This document shows positions 40,255 to 53,299 of a stretch of DNA of 64,000 bases, piece by piece. The stretch lies in NCBI RefSeq assembly GCF_036321535.1, contig NC_087436.1:61196001-61260000 (forward strand), in the 5' to 3' direction. Made by a program: the position numbers and the translations under genes. The number at the start of each line of letters is the position of its first letter. The stretch's first letter is position 1. Under the pieces are notes generated by a model. That model ran no database searches. It was not told the origin of the DNA and saw only the letters and a program-made list of their open reading frames with translations. The DNA comes from Camelus dromedarius (lineage: Eukaryota).

Positions 40255-40790
40255 TAACTCAAAAAGATACATACACCCTGCTATTAACAGCAACATTATT
40301 TATAATTGCCAACATACAGAAGCATCCTAGGTGCACATCTAATAGTTGAATAAATAATGGAGATGCAGCATATATACATATACACACATATACATATACA
40401 TATATATATGTAATGGAATACAACTCACCCATAAAAAAGGATATTTTGCCATTTGCAGCCCTTTGCTCACTTTTTTTCACTTCAAAAACCAGAATTTTAT
40501 AACTGGCAGAGACATTTCCATTACATCAAAAACAACAAAACACCTAGAAATAAACTTAACCTAGGAGGTTACCTATACTCTGAAAACCAAAATGATGCAA
40601 AGAAATGGAAAGATTTCTTGTGATCTTGGATTGGAAGAATCAACACTATCAAAATGGCCACACTACCCAGAGCAATCCACAGATCCAATGCAACCCCCAT
40701 CAAAATACTCAGGACAGTCCTCACAGAACTAGAACAATTCCAAAATTTATAAGGAACCACAAAAGACCCTAAACAGCCAAAGCAACCTTT
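40255..40790 (+). mobile_element. Two L1 ORF2 fragments antisense to the host element (C-terminal piece ~40255-40460; mid-ORF2 piece ~40515-40790)
   Basis: 'aaaagatacatacaccc..ataattgccaa..aatggaatac..gccatttgcagc' and 'cttggattggaagaatcaa..aaaatggcc..cacagaactagaacaa..gccaaagcaa'. Confidence 0.85.
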
Positions 40791-40852
40791 TGTAGGTCTT
40801 TTTTTTTTTTTCTCTCTTTCTTCTTTTTGTTCTCTTTTCTTATGATTTGATG

Positions 40853-41728
40853 ACGAGAGAAGGTCCTTTAACATTTGTTGTAAAGCTGGTTTGGTGGTGC
40901 TGAAATCTTTTAACTTCTGTTTATCTGTGAAGCTTTTGATTTCTCCATCAAATGTGAACGAGAGTCTTGCTGGATAAAGTATTCTTGGTTGTAAGTTTTC
41001 CCCTTTCATCACTTTAAATATATCATGCCACTCCCTTCTGGCTTGTAGAGTTTCTGCTGAAAAATCAGCTGATAACCTTTTGAGAGTTCCCTTGTATTTG
41101 TGCTTTTCTCTTGCTAATTGTAATATTTTCTCCATATCCTTAATTGTTGTCAATTTTATGACTATGTGCCTTGGTGTGTTCCTCTTTGGGTTGATCCTGT
41201 GTGGTACTCTTCTGTGCTTCGAGGACTTGGGTGACTATTTCCTTTCCCATGTTGGGGAAGTTTTCGGTGATTATCTCTCCAAAAATTTTCTAAGGTCCTT
41301 TCTTCTCTTTCTGGGACCCCTATAATGTGAATATTAGAGTGCTTCATGTTGTCCCAGAGTTCTCTTAAACGATCCTCATTCCTTTTTATTCTCTTTTCTT
41401 TTTTCTGTCCTGAAGTAGTGATTTCAATTAATCTGTCTTCTAGCTCACTGATCCATTCTTCTGCCTCATTTAGTCTATCCTTGGTTCCTTTTAGTGTGTT
41501 ATTCATTTCAGTGATTTTTTTCTTCAATTCTGTTTGGGTATTCTTTATATTTTCCAACTCTTTGCTAAAAACTTCACTCTGTGCATCTATACTCCTCTTG
41601 AGTTCTCTGAACATCTTGGCCATCATTACTTTAAACTCTCAGATAAACTACCTATCTCCTTATCACTTACTTCTTCTGGGATTTTTATCTTGTGCTTTGG
41701 CCTGGGAGATACTCCTTTGCCACCTCAT
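40853..41728 (-). pseudogene. Frameshifted L1 ORF1p coding region
   Basis: Start MRWQRSISQ at 41728; coiled coil and LRELWDNMKHSNIHIIGVPE (ORF 41162..41626); RLSADFSAETLQARREWHDIFKVMK..LQPRILYPARLSF..GEIKSF..KPALQQMLKDLL (ORF 40569..41153). Confidence 0.92.
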
Positions 41729-42959
41729 ATTATCTATCTTTCTGTGTGTTTGTGGATTCCTTCCACAGGCTTTGGGATTGTTGTTTTCTTATTTCTAGTA
41801 TCTGCCCCTGGTGGATGAGGCTGGACAAGAGGCTTATGCAGGTTTCCTGGCAGGAGGAGCCAGTGCCTGCCCACTGCTGGGTGAAGCTTGGTTCTGGACC
41901 TCGGGTGTGTAGGGCTATGTCTAGAGGCCTTTGTGGCTTAGGAAGTCTGATGATGGGTGTGGCTGTGTTCCCACCCTGTATGTTGTTTGGCCAGAGGCTT
42001 CTCTACAGGCTGTTGGGTGGGGCTAGGTCTTGGTGCTAATGATCCAATCAAGAAGTCAGCCTCCAGGAAAGCTCATGTAGCCAAACACTCCCGGAATGTC
42101 TGCCATCAGCTTTTATGACCCCTGAGTGAGCTACAGCCATCTCCCACATCCTCAGGAGACCCTACAAATCCAGCAGGCAGATCTGGCCCAGGTTTCTATG
42201 AAATCACTGCCTCTGCCCTTGGACCTAGTGCATGTGAGTTTCTATGTACGCTTCTCAAGCAAGTGGAGTCTCCGTTTCCCCCAGTCCCGTGGGGCTCCCA
42301 GAACCAAGCCCCGCTGGCCTTCAGAACCAGGTGTCCTGGGGTCTCCTTCTCTTCCCAATGCCGGGACCCAAGCTGTGGAGACTGACATGGGGCTTAGAGC
42401 TCTCGCTCCTGTGGGAGGGCCTTTGTGTGACTTGACAAATCTTCAGCTTGTGGGCCACCCACATGGGGGATATGGGGCCCAGTTATATCACGAGCACACC
42501 CCTTCTGCCGTCCTGCTGTAGTTCCCTCTTTATGTTTCCAGTTGCAGAAGATCTTTTTTGCTAGGTTCCAGTCTTTTTTCATTGGTTGTTTAGCATTTAG
42601 TTGTGGTTTCATAGTAGTCTCGAGGAGAGGCAAGCTCCTGGTTCTACCACTCTGCCATCTTGATTGGAACTCCGGCATAGATTCACATGTTAAATAGGGA
42701 AGTATCAAAAATTTGTGGCTATGTTTTAAAACCATAATGGGCTAGGAAAATTTGGTTGTACATCATTCTAGTTGCATCTGCTGATTTCAAGGACAAAGTA
42801 GTCTTATTCATTTATATGAAAACATAGAGTTAAAAGATAGATAACTTAATGGAAGGAAGGGCTTTTAAGGAGCATCTATAGGAAAAATAGTGCTGCCTCT
42901 TTGATCCTTTCAGATTTATGCTGATCTTGATGTTTTTTCTTGTTTAAATATTAGTTTTT

Positions 42960-43975
42960 GTTTTTTAGCTCTTTCCAATTCCCTGATTACACAATTAACA
43001 CATTTTGTAGTAAATGCAAAATGTACATAAAAACATAGGAAGCAAAATTATGCTTCCATCAACCTTCCTACCAATAGTCCTACTACCAAGGGGAAGACAC
43101 TATTAATATTCTAACATCTATTCTGGCTATGATAGTTTTACATAGTTTACATAATACTATACACACAATATTGTATTGCCAAAGTTTCCAATTTAACATT
43201 TCATTATAGCATTTCTTTCATATAACTAAAAGTTATCTGTAACCTTTTCTCTTTGTCTCTCTATATTATTGTTGGGTTTTAAAATGAAAAAAATTTAAAT
43301 TTAAATTAAAACAATACATGGTTGTGATAAAATTAAACAGAATGCTGCTTCCCCAACCAAACCTAAGTTATTGATCTATAAATAATTAATCTTTTTTTCT
43401 CAAAATGAGATTTTTGATATACTTACTGTTTTACAACTTATTTTCCTTTACTGTTAGTAAATTTTGAAATTCATCTATTATCATTTTTAGATTTACCTTT
43501 ATTTAGATAATCTCTAATCCAGGTTTTCCAAAGTTTGTTATTATAAAAATGCTGTAGCAAACACCTTTGAATGTGCAAACTTTTTTTTTTTTTGCATATT
43601 TGTAAAAGATTTTTTGTAGGATTGAGACCTTGGAGTGAAAATACTGACTAAAAGGATGAATCATTTAAATTTTTGATAGATACTGCGAGATTTATAATCA
43701 TCCGTTTTAATGGTTGCATAATATCTCCATATATGAAAGTAACTTAATTTGCTTAATCATTTCTTCAGAATTAGACATTTAGGTTGTCTGAAGTTTTCCC
43801 CAATGACCAATAATGCTGCATGAGTATCCTTATGTTGAACTCTTTATCATCATTACTTCAGGATTGATTTTTTTAAAGGAAATTAGTTGTCATAATATAG
43901 GAATGTTTTAAAAACTGCTCATTCATATGGCTGAGTTTTTTCAGAAATGCTGTGTCAGTTTACATATTTGGTATC
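42960..43975 (-). mobile_element. Old degenerate L1M fragments
   Basis: 'tttaatggttgcataatat','tagacatttaggttg','aataatgctgcatgagtatcc'. Confidence 0.55.
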
Positions 43976-44811
43976 TGCAAAATTTTGAACTTGAGATCAG
44001 GCTAAAATGTTGCTGTAAAATATTATGGCTGGTTCTTAATTTCCTGTAGCTAAAGGTCAATAGTACCTTTTAAAATTAAAGGCTAGCATTTTGCCAGAAA
44101 ATGATGAACACTTTTCAAATGATTCTTATAGTACTCAAAATTCCATGGAATTTCTATGAAGAATGCTCTCTGTTGTTCAATGGCAGTCACCTTCCTGTTG
44201 CTACAACAGTTAAGAAAATCTGAATCTATATTAGTGATGGTCAATTCAGTTGCCCTGGTATAAGTCTATTGTGTATGAATGTGAAATAGAAAATTCTCAG
44301 CTCTGGAAATATATGATGTTTCTCTAGAGAAAAAATAATGTGAGAAATAATTCCCAAACAAAAGTGTCTTCATCTTTGCAACTGGATTCCAAAACTTCTG
44401 CAACTATATTTTATTACTTCATAATTTTTCTTGTCCTTCAAGTTAAAATAATATCCCGAGGCAAATGGCTTTTGGATCTTATGAGAGGAATGTTTTCAGT
44501 TCAAGATATAAATAAATAGAGGACTGGATTTCCAAACCACTCTAATCTTGACTTCTTTTTCCTTCTGTGTTGAAGATCACTTTCTTGTTATTTAGTCCCC
44601 ATTGCTGTGGATGGTTAATTTTATTTGGTTAGAGTGTGTATTTGTGTTTAATTTCACAATTAGGTTCTCAGCTCCAGGAATTATTGAACACAGGAATTAG
44701 TCCTTGCCTATCTTCATATCCCCGGATAGTGCTAAAAAAGCAGCTTGACCACAGTGGGTTCTTCATTTGCTTATTTGTTCAATATACCCTTGTTAAGCAC
44801 ACATTCTGTAC

Positions 44812-45188
44812 CATACTCCAGCTAGTTCTGGAGATTCATCAAATATTCATAATTCCCTGTACTTTCCAGCTTCTGTTGCAGTTGGGTTGGGACCATGTGA
44901 CTGCTTCTGACCAACAGACTGTGAACATATAACTGGGCAGGGACAGTTAAAGAGTTGATGTGCCACCACCATCTCTCTCTTACCCTGATACGGCAACCTT
45001 GGAAGTCATATTGAGATGATGGCATTAGAAGATGTAGTCTCAATTTCTCAGTTAATGGAAGTGAGATGAAAGTCCCCATCATGTACAGTAGATGTTCTGT
45101 GAGTGAAAAATAAACTTGTGTTGGCTTAAGCCATCATTATTTTCAGGTTTACTTGTTTCTACAGGAAAACTTACTCTACCTTGAGACA
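44812..45188 (+). mobile_element. MaLR LTR (MLT1I/J-like)
   Basis: 'gcagttgggttgggaccatgtgact..tctgaccaa','gtgagtgaaaaataaacttg..ttaagcca'. Confidence 0.75.
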
Positions 45189-48100
45189 CCGCTGTTAAGC
45201 AGCTCATAGTCTATGTAGGGTAAGCTCATTTATGATTCACTTTTGAGTATGTAACTGTTAAATGGAGTGATCTGTGGACTTTGAGGTTCTCAGTAGAATA
45301 AGAGTTCAATATGATTGGCTTCTCTGGGTTTTGGACTTTAACAATCTGCAAGTTTGAGGAAAAACACTTAATTTCCTACAGATGTAATTTCCTCATTTGT
45401 AAAATGAGAGAGCTGGCCGTTTCTCCTGTTCTGATTCCATCTTTGTTTTGTAAGCAGCTGTGAGAGTAGAAGAAACAGACTATAAACACATTCATATCTT
45501 TATAGAAAGAGGCACTTTTCTGTGATTTACTGGTAAGGCCCTCACAAGACTACACTTGAAATAGCAGTTGGAGGCGGAAGGGCCATTATCTTCTAACTCA
45601 CACATTGATCTTTCAGTCTGTCTTCAGGGAAGCCACGGAAATTTGTTGCAACACATTCATTGCTATCAACAAGGATCCCTTTTCTTTAGAAAGAGAATAC
45701 TCACTACATTGTCAAACTCCTACTCAACCTTCTGTGTTGGATATTGCATCTTAGGTCAGTCTTTTCTGGAAAATCTTTTCATTCCGTTACACAGAGTTAC
45801 TCACTATCACACACATGCTATCTGTACTTTCCAGGCATACTTCCATTATTTTACTTATTACACGGTATTTTATTACTATATTTTAAATAGCTATTGCTGC
45901 TGTAATTACTGCACACTTGACAAGGAAAGGGCTTTTAAAATATATATATATATCCCAAGGGTTTAACCCGGTGCCTGGAACCATGTAGCCACCTAATAAA
46001 TAGTTCTTAAATAACTGAATGACAGGCCAGTGAATCTTTCACTGTTACCCAACATTTCCTGGTAAACTGGACTTGGAAATGGATATGACAGTGCTAGTAC
46101 TCTGATCATTTTACTGTTACCATAATCTTGTCCCCACTACTTTTTTTCTTTTAAAAGATGGGCCATTTCCTGGTGACCTGACGTTGCATTATAAAATCAT
46201 GTTTTAGCTCTGGCTTCTGAGCTTGTTTTGCAAGGGAATTAAGAGATCTAATGCATTTGTGTTGCTAAAGAGCTTGAGATCTGCTTGGGAAAGTCACTCG
46301 AATGCCTCAGTGCTAGTATCATAATATTTATTAAGAATTGATGAGTAGAATTCTTAAAATAGTCTTGTTCACTGTGGTTATCATTGAAAGCATACTACAC
46401 TAAATGCCATTTGTCTTGGGTGTAGGATTTCTGGAAGATGAATGAAAAGAGGAAATTAGTGGATCTTGTAGCAGATTGTGTAAGAATGAACAGTTTTTAT
46501 AAAGGTCCCTTTTCTTAAAGTGACAAATGCTAGAAAAATGCTGTTAGCTGCACCAACATAGGCCTGGTAATTACTAGTCTAAAGATGGGCAAGTCTCATA
46601 CGCTGCCAAATAGAGAGGATGAGAAGCATCTCTGCCTTGAAGTCTGTTCTGGGATGGGGCAGAATAACTGCTGAGGGTCACTCCTACCCCAGGTCCCTAA
46701 AGTTAGGTACGTCATTTGTGGTCACATCCATTTTCTGGGAGATGGAGGGCTTCATTCTTGTATTTCGTGGAGTTTGATGGCCTTTGGTATTTATACCAGG
46801 GATGGATTTTAAAAGCAAACATGTCTTCAGTGCTGCAAAAGGATTTGGTAGTCAGAGCAATTGCTGCCTGAGGTGGGACAGTCAACTTCATTTGGGAGAA
46901 TTTGGAGGGTATGACTCAGGGAGACAGCTAGAGGGGAACCAAGTGACTCCACCTGATGGTGCTAAATATTCTAAAGTGTTTCAAACATCTAGTCTAAAAC
47001 ATGCCCTTCTCGCTTCTCTATAGCCAATGAAAAGGCAAGGCTGAATTTCTCTTCTCATACTAATTTTTTGCTTCTAGTTACTCAGTTTTCTCTACAAAAA
47101 TTCTTTTGATATTCATTTAAATCTCACTTTAGTCCTATAAAAGTATATAGAATTTCCTGCCCAATGCCCTCTAAAGATCCACCTTCTCCTAATTTTTGGG
47201 AATGAATCCTCCAAAACAGAGAAGCTAGCCCAGCTTTTCCTCTAGTAGAGAACTTGCCATCCTCTCATTCACAGACTTCTATAGATTACCTATTCTGTAT
47301 AATATTTACAATAATAGAGGTTCTGACACTGGGAATATTCATGTGCCTTTCATGGTTACCATGCAGGAAAGGCAAAAACAGCATCTGAGTCGTATACATT
47401 TAGTGTAGAACCGTATCAAAATGGTTGCTTGATAATCATACATATTTAGCATTTCTCTCAGAAAGACTGGTTTTGATGACCATCATTTCCTCTGCTCAGA
47501 GGAAAGGAAGTGTTTCCACCAAAAATGAGAGTAAGAGGAATGGCTGGATATGGATGTAGGTACATTTGTCATGGTTGCATGTAAAGTGTGTGTGGAAGAT
47601 TGCGAGTAGAAAATAATTTTAGCTGAATGACATTGACATTATTCTCTCTAAAGTAGAAGCTGATGTTTTCTACTGAGAGTGAGAAAAAGAGGCTTAAAGA
47701 GTGTGATTATTACTCGGACTAGTCTGTAGGTTACCAGATGTATCTTCAAATTACAATTGTAAACTTCAGTAAATTACAGAACTTAATTTTATTCTCCACC
47801 ATTATTGTGATGGTAAATCCTCTAGGTCTGTGATTTCATCAGACAGCATGCATGCTTATAGAATGATGGAGGACTGGGTGAATTGAGATGTCATTTTGAA
47901 AGCAACATTCAGTGTAGCACTGGGATACATGGGTCCTTGTATTACCTGCAGTTGGTAAGTTGAGGACAAAGACCTCCTGGGTCTCAGTAAATTCTTATTA
48001 ACTCAGAAGCCAGATGGAAGACAGGAGAGGTTGACACCTCCCACTGCACCTCTGTGAGTGTCACACATCACTCTTTTTTCTCCAATTGCCCCACGAGAAT

Positions 48101-51100
48101 TGGGCAGGGCACCCATTTCAATGCACTTCATAGAACTTTAGGGATAATTGTATCAGAATGAAACACTTTTTTACTTTCTAGTTTTGTTGCATTTTCTTTC
48201 TTGGAAAGATTTACATTGAAAGAATTCTTTGTACATAGCTTGTCTGTTCACAGTTTTAGCAATTTGTTTGTATTTCTATTCCAAATTCAACTATTACCCT
48301 TTTGAATCTTTTCATGTTACGTTTTAAAAACCTTCCTTTTTATAGCCATAAAAAGAGCGTAAGTAGATATTGCTATTCAGTAAGAAGTGGATATCATTAG
48401 CTCAGTACATTAGAAGTCCTCTGAATATAGAAGGATTTCTTCTAAAATGATATCAAAATTAGAGTATTTAGCAAGGAATACTATTGTCATAAGCATTTTA
48501 TTGCCCCCCCAAATTTGAACTTTAATTTCTTACTTCTCTTTCTCTGGAGTGCTAAGCAGGAGAAGTTTAGTGTCAGTACTTATAAGGGCACAGTTTCCTT
48601 ACTGAAGCAGTAGCATGGTCTTCTGGGTAAGTGAGGCAAATTAAAATTTAGGAAGACTGCGTACTTTGAAACTCAACTACTGCCTGACCTTGGTAATGCT
48701 GTTTACCCTCTCTGAGCCTCCAGTTCCCCATTTGTAAAGTTGGACTCATAATGATCTTGCATCTACACACTCCTTTGAGGATTATAAAGGGAAAGTGCTA
48801 TATAAACCAGGAACTTTTTATTCTTTGCAGTTTTGAACTGAGTGTATTACTTAGCTAGGGTTCAGAACAGATCAATGAGGAGATAGGAAGTAGGATTTTT
48901 AAAGAAAGGTTAAACTAAAAGTTGTGCGGAGAGTAAATATTTATATATTAACTTATGTAATCCCGTTGGCTTCCAGTATATATTTGGAAATGTTTCTATA
49001 GGAAAAATCAAATAACTTCAGTTCATAAGAAGAAATTTCACTCGAGAATCCTGATACTCAAGTTCAGGGAATGTTTAGTCTTTGTCAAAAATATAGTCTG
49101 ATTATATTTAATTCTCCTACCAACTCTGGTAAGATGTTAAATGACTATTCTGGGTGACCACACATAATTTAAACAATATATTGGACAATTATTATCTCAC
49201 TGCATGTCCTCACTGTCTCAACTAAAGTTGGGTTGTCTAAGCTGTAAGATAGCTGTAGTTGATGAGTAGATGTCTCTAGTGGGAGGAAACTTAGGAAGGT
49301 GTATTTTTAGAGCAGTTGTTAATTATCTTCATTTAGCATAATAGCAAACCTCTAATGTCCATGAGTTTTGATTCCTAGAACTAGACCGGAAGGAGATTCC
49401 GCAGTGGCAGTGTTGATGAACCCAGAAAAGGTCCTATTACCTTTGGAGGCAACTGTGGCTTCATATTAAAAATAGATCATTGCTAAATTTAAAAAATTAG
49501 CCTACACCCAATGTGATCAAGGTGAGAGAGAACTGTTTGGAGAACAGATAAACCTAAGTAAAAAGAATTTAATAAGCCCTTCTAGGTTATATAGTGGTGA
49601 ATTGCAAACAGATAGTCCAACTGTCTGTCTACTCAACAGTTGTGGGTAAGGAGCAGCACTAGAAACTGGGATGGTAATAAGTAAAAAGCAAACCATTTCT
49701 ATAAACAAAGAAGTCCCCTAATCAAAGAACAGGGTAAACAAAAGAGGGACAGCAATAGAATCATAATTCAGGAATTAAAGCTCTTTAGGGTAGTGGAACT
49801 ACTCAGCCCTCTAAGTGGGTAAAATATGCTTGCAGTACTGGCTTAGAAGGATAAAGCATATTATGCAAAAGAGGAAGTAGAAGAAAGAGAATGGAAAACA
49901 TGAAGCATGTTGGAGTTTATCACTTATGAAATACTGAAAGCACCATATTATGAGCTTCTGTAATATCTTTGTATTATTTGGTGATGGAAAAATGACTTTA
50001 AATATGTATTTTATGCTGTTACATTTTACAATGAAAGGTTGTGGAATCTCCTTTCTAATATTTTGAAGGAGAGAATGTAGAGCAGTCTTCTGTCATGAGT
50101 GGCTCCAGATATAAATGATGAGTTGGCTTGAGGCATTAGGGAGCGGTACAGACTGTGGTGAAGTGTCAGCTCCAGTTATGTTTAGAGGATATAGGATGGA
50201 CTTTCTGACTCTTTCAGTTCTAAGTTCTTGGCTATACTTAAATTTCTTTACTCTGTTTTTAGGACAAGATTAAATATGGCTTCCTCAACTAACAGACCAC
50301 TTAAGTAAGAAACTGGTCTCATGTGAACAGAGGTATTTCACAGCCTAAAGAAGTACAGCTTATTTCCACAATGGCACTTTCTCTATGAGCATTTGGTGCC
50401 CTATTGCTGATTCTAGGCTGCATAAACTTTGTGCAGCTGACATTTTCTGACTCAAGTCCTGCTATAATTGAAATTACTTTATTAAACAAGCTTGAATCAT
50501 TTCAATTACTTCGTGGCCTGGAGCGCTAGTGGCATACATGATGACTACATGCTGATTAAATTAGAACTTGTACACCCCAGAAAGATGTGCATACCAGAAA
50601 ATGGCTTTCTCTTTCTTCAATATAAAACATCCCTCTCTAATTCATATTCACTGGCTAGATCCCTTTGGGTTGTATATTAATATTCATAAGATAAACCACA
50701 TAGCTAAAGCAGAAGACTAAAGTCAAGTCTCTTAATAAAGAAGCAAGAGTAATGACTACAGTAAAATCTCCAAAAATGCCATTATCCCCCTGAAGAGTGA
50801 ACACTACTACTGTACATGTGTTGAAGCTGAGCAAGAGAACAATAAAAAATGAATTACTGCAGTGATTTGGATTTTGAAATCTGCTAGAGAGGAATGAGCA
50901 AACACAAACACTTAGACCAATAGAAAAGAATATCAAGATAAGACAGTTGTACAAAGCAGCATCTTAAGAGTAGAGTTTACAGTATACCTTATTTTGATAT
51001 GAGAATAGATTTGTGCTATAGGAGGTAGCACTAAAAATTATTTCCCTTAAATAAACTATATGGTTTTCTCTTAGATTCAGTACTGAATTCTGAGGGCTGG

Positions 51101-51249
51101 GGGGTAAGCTAAGAGCTGCCCAATTGATTTCTTGCTGGTTTACCCTCTATACTTTGGCTCTTTTTTGGTGATTGTATTGACCTCTTCTTGAAGAGACAAG
51201 GGAATTACATTTGCATAGACACTACCCTCCCTTGCTTCCTCCTTTTCTT

Positions 51250-51760
51250 CCTTCCATAGATATTTACTGAGTACCCGTTTTGAGCTGGCTACTTTCTTAG
51301 GAGCTGGTGATTGGCAGTTAACAGACACAGCTTCTACTCTCATGAAGCTTATATTCTAGTGGGAAGCAATAAACATCTAAACCAATTATAAATGACAATT
51401 GCAGGAGTGAGAAATGCTGTGAGGAAAACAAAACTGAAAAGGATATCAGGGTGACTTGTTTGTTTTGGTCGAAATTGTGCCATGTCAGATAGGGACATCA
51501 GGGAAGGCCTATCTCTAGGGAGGGGGCATTTGAGAAGAGAATACTTGCATATTAATACCATTATAATAATTTATTTTTGTATCATACTTTAGAGTTTACA
51601 TTGCACTTTCAAATAAAATGTATCATTTAGTCTTCATATCAATCTTGTGAGATCGGAATTATGATCTCAATTTTCTAAATGAAGCTAAGAAAGCTTAAAT
51701 GACTTGCCCCAAATTATATAGGCAGTTTGTGGCAGGACTTAGGTCCATGGCTCATATTAC
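51250..51760 (-). mobile_element. L2 fragment followed by MIR
   Basis: 'atatttactgagtacc..ctcatgaagcttatattctagtggg..catcagggaaggcct'; MIR 'ttaaatgacttgcccc'. Confidence 0.7.
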
Positions 51761-53299
51761 AAAGATAATTTTACTTTACAAAGAAAACTAGGGAATTTAA
51801 ATAAAACCTAAAATACTGCTACTTCAAAAATACTGTTTTTGCATTACCTCATTTTAGTCAGTGTGTGTATGTGTGTGTGGTGTGCATGCAAGAATGAGTG
51901 ACATGTAGTGATTCAAAAAGAATTGTACTGTTTCAAAAATTTATTACTTAGTAACTAGGCTGTACATTAACATTTGGTCAAAATCCATTTATAAAGGAAC
52001 TAGGACAGTCATTTCTATAGTTTACAAACATTCAAGTTGTACCCCACATGTCACAAGTCTCACATTAATCTTGTGGTCTGGTTCATTCCAGATACTTTTT
52101 AATATGTCATAGTTAGAGTGCAAAATGGCAGCTTCAATGCAGTTCTTTATTTCCTCATGTCTAATGAGGAAGAAGACTACAGAATGAAGTTCTTGACATA
52201 ACTTATATGCAAACCACATGCTTCTTTAATCTGGTTGATGAGTAATGTAATTTAAAAAAGAGTGCAGTCCTTCTTTGAATTACCCCATAATTTGCATATT
52301 GGTAATCAATTCCTACCTTAGTGTATTTTTAATTAACTTTACGTGCTATAATTTGCTAAATGTTTCAATTGTCAAATGCAGGTTTTCTTGTCCCAAATTG
52401 TTAGTACAGTTTCCACTTATCAGAACAATCCCTTCCCCTCAAAAAGCTCATCCTGCTTCTGCCACAGCCTGAGGCAGTGGCATCTTCATTTTTGTTTTCT
52501 TCAAGGAAGCTTTTCTATGAGGACATGTCCCAGGCAGAGGGAATAGCAGACACGAAGGCCTGGAGATTGGTACTTAGAGAATAAAGGAGTAGAGGGACAA
52601 AAGATGGAGATTGAGCAGCCCGTAGGGAGGCCGGATCTGGAGGGGCATTGATGCCATGCCAGTGCGTGTGAGCTTTCTTCTTAGGATGGTGGAAGCCATG
52701 CAAAGGTTTTAAGCAGGGCATGGATGGATTTACTTAGTTTCTTTGATTATTTTTCAAGTGTCATTTTCTTTTTAAACTTCCTGTCCTATAAATTTCATGA
52801 GGAAGTGTGTTTACTATGTGAGAGGAAATTTTATACTCAGCCCTAAAGCATATTAACAGACATAACCAAAGTAATTTTTTCCTTTCCTTCTGAGCACAAT
52901 TTCTATTGTTACTAGAAGAATTTGTTAAGTCCTGAAAAATATATATTCATATTTTCAAATATACATTTCAACTACTTAGGAGTTTAGTGCATAAACGTTC
53001 ATGTGTTCAAGAATGTTCATTCCATCATCTTAGCAGGCTCTATTTTCTCTTCCTTTTATTCTCTCATTTCCTTCTTAGAAAGCAGCAAAAATATTCCCAT
53101 TATTATTATCATTTGAGTTCACAGTTTTAAGCTAGAATCTTGAAGAAGATTGAAAAATTAGATTTTGAGATTAAACACTGAGTCAACAGTAGGTATCTTC
53201 CTGTGGAGATTCATATTTTGTTCTGTTTGAGGAAAATAATGATTTATAAGATATACTTGGCTGAGTGTTAGAAGACTTAGCTCTTACAATGACATTACT

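Larger units (their letters stand above)
39554..42673 (-). mobile_element. TSD-flanked composite L1-derived element: intact 5' end + 5'UTR + ORF1, no sense ORF2, L1MC-like 3' end (HAL1-like)
   Basis: 15-bp TSD GGCATAGATTCACAT at 39539-39553 and 42674-42688; 5' end GGAGTTCCAATCAAGATGGC on minus strand; AATAAA and short A tract beside the left TSD. Confidence 0.85.
39055..42737 (-). mobile_element. MLT1H/G-like LTR split in two (39055-39553 and 42689-42737) by a retroelement
   Basis: MLT1 motifs 'cacagcatggtggcctcagggtagtcagacttcttac','attcaagggg'; tail 'aaaaatttgtggctatgttttaaaacca' resumes after the insertion. Confidence 0.8.

Noticed and set aside
40569..41153. 194-aa ORF as a novel ORF1 fusion protein
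   Set aside because: It is the C-terminal half of a frameshifted L1 ORF1 reading through a mutated stop into the A-rich spacer and antisense L1. There is no intact full ORF1.
41346..42735. Cluster of 90-150 aa ORFs
   Set aside because: Antisense and alternative frames of L1 ORF1 and the GC-richer 5'UTR.
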